Assembly (NCBI GenBank): GCA_051294375.1
Contig: CM119266.1
Span: forward strand, 8,332,606 to 8,396,605
Direction: 5' to 3'
Source: Paraspadella gotoi
Lineage: Eukaryota; Animalia; Chaetognatha
DNA length: 64,000 bases
This document shows positions 42,019 to 64,000 of this stretch, piece after piece. Positions within the stretch are counted from its first letter, which is position 1, and each line of letters begins with the position of its first letter. A program made the position numbers and the translations under genes. The notes under the pieces are model-generated. The model was not told where the DNA came from. It searched no databases and saw nothing but the letters and a program-made list of their open reading frames with translations.

Positions 42019-42225
42019 CTCTCTCCTCCGCCCCGACAAATGAATCGACAAACGAATTTCGTGGTCAAAAGGAGAAAAGGAAAGGAAACGATTAAAAGGG
42101 GAAATTAAAAGAGAGAGGAAGAGAGATTAAAAGAGAAGAAGAAAAGAGAAGAAAGAAAAAAAAGAGGAGACCCTTGTACCTCATCCTGATTAACGGGTCC
42201 AAAGGAGAAATAACGTGACTGGGAG

Positions 42226-42289
<64 letters not shown>

Positions 42290-42931
42290 TAAATGGATCT
42301 AAAAAGGTTAAATGTATTTAATTACAAGAAAAAGAGACAATTTAATGATGAAAAGAAAGTGAAAATATAAGTAAAAAAATGTGAGTGCACAGGAAGAACA
42401 AAAATCACAAAAAAAAAAAAAAAATAGAATAAAATCCCACAAATTTTCTTATGTCCGCCGGCGAGGATTCTTTGAAGTGAAATGATAAAACGAAAGAACT
42501 GAGGAAAATCACTTGAAAAGTGAAAAGACGGACAAACGGACAGACTGAGTGACAGATTGACAAACGAACAGACGGATGGAGACGTCTGGGATCATATTTT
42601 ACCTTATGTAATAAGTTTGTTAAAGATTATCATATTTTCTTTATTTAAAAGGAGAAATATTTTGTATCATAAATCTCACATTATATCCGATTCGTTCAAT
42701 TAATATTTCTTTTTAAATTTTTCTTAAATTTTTCAAGGTCCTTTGTAGCTGTCACTTTGAGAATTCAAACAGTTGTAGCCACATTTCGCCACAACCTTTT
42801 TTTTAAACCAAAGTTCAGTTTTATGAATTTGTTTTTCCATAAACAGTCGCTTTTCAGATGACGTTTTAATCTCAGCCCAAAAAAACAAATTGAAGATTCT
42901 TTCATTCTTTTTCTCCTTCCTCTTTAATCGA

Positions 42932-43016
<85 letters not shown>

Positions 43017-44506
43017 CCCACCCTCTCATTATCGTCATTCTCCGTCCTTTTTCCTTCGAACTCAAGAAAAAATCTTGGAAAAAAATTTGTAGATAAGTTT
43101 TTTTTTCTCTTTTTTTTCTTTTTAAGTGACTTCGATTTTTTTCAGTCACTTTTATTTTAACTTAATGACTTTTATTCTTTTTTTCCAGTCATTTCCCACT
43201 TTTTCTTTATTTCGACAAAATCTTTCCTTGAATTTTCTCTTCGTAAACGTTTTATATTTTGACAAAAAAAAATATTTAGATTAAGTAATCTAGAATTATT
43301 TTGACTTCCGCCTTTCAAATATCAATAATTTACTGAAAACGTCGAATCATTTTGGTCAAAAAAGAAACAAACGTCTTTCTTATATATTTATTCTCGTTTT
43401 ATCTCGGGTTTTTATTCTGCCAAAGTAATTTATGTCAATTTAATCTTAAAATAAAACCGATTGTTACTTCGAAAAATAAACAACAAAAATAAAGGGAAAA
43501 AATAAAACAACAAAAACCTTGAGTCAGACGAAGTTTCGGTCTTTCAGTCCGTCTGTCTGTCTCTCCGTCGGCGTCTGTCCCTTCAAGCATTTCAGATCCG
43601 AGTCAAAACGTCTGACATTTCTTGACTGACAATCAGTCGGATCGACTGACAATCTGAATGACAGCCTTAATGACATTCTATTGACGAAAAATTTGAGTGG
43701 ACAAGTCTCAGTTTTTATTCCCGCATTTTTTAATCAAAATTCTCTCAGTTTCGAGAGATTCGATCCCCGCATGATCGGATCTACATTCTACATCGCCGGC
43801 GCCGGATTTATAAATGCAAATCTCAATCTTAATTACTGAACGCTTAAATCTAAAATACAAATTGGCATGATTTAAATCCGAAGTGGAAAAGAAAATCCGA
43901 AAATATGCACCCGATGAACTTTTGAATTTGCTGTAGTAATTCTAAAAACGTAATAAGAAAGTATTTTAAATAGATTGAATGGTAAACAACTTGATTAATA
44001 TAATAAACAGCTTGATCAAGCTTGATGAGCTCGATTGGTAAAGTTCTTTTAAATTATTATATGAATCTGAAAAAAAAAATGATCCTATCATCTGTCTAAA
44101 AAAGTTAAAAAATGAAAAAACAGGTGGAGAAATGAAAAAACCGCGACCACTTGAGAATGAAAACGTTTTTATTACCACCGGTTAACTCATCCATAGATAA
44201 GAACGACTCATCGACATTAGTTGCGTAGAGCGACTGAATTTGGAGATTTTTCGGTCGGTCAGTTTGTCTCTTTAGTTCTTTTTAATTTTTTTTTTTGCTT
44301 TCTTGTGGTAATTGATTGTTATTGTGGATAACAAAAGTTTGAACAAGAGCAAACGCAGACAATTAATTTATGTTCATCATCAGGGTTTTTTTAATATAAT
44401 AAAACATTAATTAAAGCTCAACAAAAGCATATATTCAATAATTCCCAGATCTAATACTTAAGGTAGTGGTCTTTTCATACAATTAAAACATTCTTTGAAA
44501 TATTAT

Positions 44507-44680
44507 ACCACTTCATTGATAGGGAAGCCAGGCACTCTGGGAGTGAATAAACGAGACTGTGAGAGAGTCTTGATTGAAAGCTTGATTAAAACCACCAAAG
44601 CCTGTCCAAAGTCAGGGGCAAGATAGCTTATTTATTAAATGAATGGATAATTTTTATATTGGTTGTACCAATTTCATATA
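44507..44680 (-). mobile_element. Inverted, internally deleted copy of the dispersed ~200-bp repeat
   Basis: Reverse complement of 17237-17443 lacking the central GGCCTCC..GTCCCTGC part. Confidence 0.8.
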
Positions 44681-44898
44681 TTCTAACTAAAACTGAAAAT
44701 ATTGATTTGTTCCAAAATTGAATTTAAATAAAATGGAGGATCATGTTCTATTTCTAAACAAGTACTCTGGCGTCACTAAAATTTTATATTTTAAAATTTC
44801 CTAACTAAACTTTCACTTTACCTTCCGCCTTTAGTCTATGAGTTGAAGACGATACGAAACTTATCATCGCAGTTGAGTAATTCGAGACTCAAATAATA

Positions 44899-44942
<44 letters not shown>

Positions 44943-45380
44943 CGGGACTGACTCTGCCCCTTCAAAAAAAACGACCAGACATTCAATTTCAAAACATTCT
45001 CCGCAGCTACGGAGCGAAAAAAAAATAGAGAGAAAAAAAATTTCTATAAACAAATGACAAAAAATTAAAAAGAGAAAAATTTAAATATAAAGAGAAATTT
45101 TTTTTAAAAAAAATCTTGAAGGGAGAGGATTCGAACCCGGGAGTCTTTCAATCGATCCAATCTCTAGTCAAAGACTATCTACGTATTTGTAAAAAAAAAA
45201 ATCTAAATCAATAAATGATTATTACTAAAAAAAAAAGTAGGAGAATAAACTAAAAGATTAACCATCACATCGCGCAAAAAAAAAAGCAGAGGATTCAGCG
45301 ATCGTTCTTCTCTACGTCACGACCCATAATCATCTCTTGGAGAAGACGAAAAATCGCCTCACAACAAATATTAATTAAAA

Positions 45381-45432
<52 letters not shown>

Positions 45433-45560
45433 ACCAATGGCTCCTCGATGTCTCAGTAAAAAATGAAAAGACTTGACTGAAAGAAAAAAAAAAACAAATT
45501 AAGAAAATCTAATCAATCGTTTCGTCTGAAAAAAAAGAAGAAAACAACAACGCCGTCGCC

Positions 45561-58037
<12,477 letters not shown>

Positions 58038-59344
58038 AAGGGGGAGGGGGAGGAGGGAAGAGGAGAAAAGAGGGAGGAAAGTGGAGGAAGAGGGGTGGAG
58101 AGATGAAGGGGTAGGGGGAGAAGAAAGGGAGGAGAGGGGAGGAAGAAGGGGAGGAGGGAATTTAGAAGAGGGAGGAGGAGAGAGGAAGAAAGAGTGGAGG
58201 AAGAGGGGTGGAGAGGATGAAGGTTTAGGGAGGAGAAGAAGGGAGGAGAGGGAAGGGAGAGGAGGATGCAGAAGAGGGCGAGGAAAGGAAGAGAGATAAA
58301 AAGAAAGAAATTGAGCAGAAAGAAAGAACAAGGAAAAAAAAAGTGTAGGAAAAGTGATGCCAGGGGAGAAGGAGAAAGGAAGAGGGAAAAGACAAAAGAT
58401 CTTAAGACGTCGAATGGAAATAGAAACAAAAGACATAAAAAGAGACTAAAAAAAAAGCTGTGATAAATATAATCATGACAACAACAACAACATTAACAAT
58501 CAATTTGATTGTGTTGGCCTTGAATACAATTGGAGCAGTAGTAGTATTAAGTGTTTTTAAAAATTGCTTATCCTTTAGCCTTGTACCGTTTGTATTTTTA
58601 TTTATGAATTTTACTTTGTATCATTTGACTAAGTTATATCGAGCTTTCATGACTTTAATGAGATACTGATGTCAGTTGTGATACGTCAATTCTGTTTCGA
58701 TGATAGTCAAAGAGGTGATAAAAATCGGAATTGATGTGATTCATGCGACCAGTTATGATAAAAAACTTTTGTTTAGTTATTTGATGCCACAGTTAAATAA
58801 CGAGAAGTGCCCTTTACAACATTGAATCAAACTTAGTTATATCAGTGTATTATTTACCGGAATTTAATTATCGTGTTTCTTGCAATTAAATCCTAACTGC
58901 AATTCTCTTTGCATCGAAATATTTTTTTTTCGCCTTCGCACAGTATTTCTTCTTTTTCTTTAAACATTTTTTTCGGTAGTTGGATTTAAAAGAAAAAAAA
59001 ATCTAATTAATTTAGAATAAAATTTAAAAGTAAATGAGAATAATTAGGTAGATTCGCAAAAAAAATTGTTGTATTATTCTTTTAAAATAAGAAAAGCCAT
59101 CCCTTTGTCATCGTAAGAAGGAAGGCACACATTTGCCATTCATAACCAATCTTTCTTTCTCTAATTAATCAATCTTTCACGCTGTGTATTAGTCAACGTT
59201 AATTCACTGTTTAATTAGATTTCTATTCTTGATTGATATGATCGTCTATTTCGAGTTCAATACTTTTCCGACAAACATTTAATTTTTACTTGAAACATTT
59301 TTTTTACATTTTTTTAGAATTTTTTTTTCTTTTTATTTACACTA

Positions 59345-63744
<4,400 letters not shown>

Positions 63745-64000
63745 CGGATGGATGGACGGATGGACAAATCAAAGAACGGACGGGAAGATGGGCAAACAAA
63801 AGAAAAAGCAAAAAGAAAAATAGTTTGGAAAAACCACAGAGAGAGAGATAAATCTACGAACGGACAGACAGACGGACAGTCAGACCAAACAAGATGCTGA
63901 GAAGATACTCGAAGAAAGAAGACGTGACGAAAGGAAAAAGTAATTTAAAAAACACGAGGATGGCAGACAGACAGACAGAAAGCCAGTTACGGAGTCAGAC

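Overview
Intron-rich, AT-rich, microsatellite-dense eukaryotic DNA, apparently from an invertebrate animal (innexin, tau/MAP2-like and TTLL9 genes; taxon not determinable). Most ORFs in the supplied track are microsatellite artefacts; the real genes were rebuilt by hand from splice signals and exon phases. In order: 3' end of an unidentified small + gene whose 4.8-kb intron hosts an antisense secreted LRR gene; an 8-exon innexin; a 6-repeat tau/MAP2/PTL-1-like gene; TTLL9 on the minus strand (5' end not found), whose 14.4-kb intron holds 10 intact-looking tRNA genes, 2 tRNA pseudogenes, a possible small gene and a ~1145-aa gene joining two BTB domains and a BACK-like segment to two Scm-type MBT repeats; an EHD ATPase with a long acidic C-terminal tail; and a divergent REEP/DP1/Yop1-like gene with a long charged N-terminus. 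Most notable: (1) the BTB-BTB-(BACK)-2xMBT fusion, a candidate methyl-lysine-reading Cullin3 adaptor; (2) six-copy ~63-nt tandem duplications straddling 5' splice sites in two neighbouring genes, one of which (tau) keeps frame and could add extra PGGG repeats; (3) multi-level gene nesting; (4) a 2-kb foldback element with an apparent ~20-bp flanking duplication. All family calls come from recognising motifs by eye; no searches were run.
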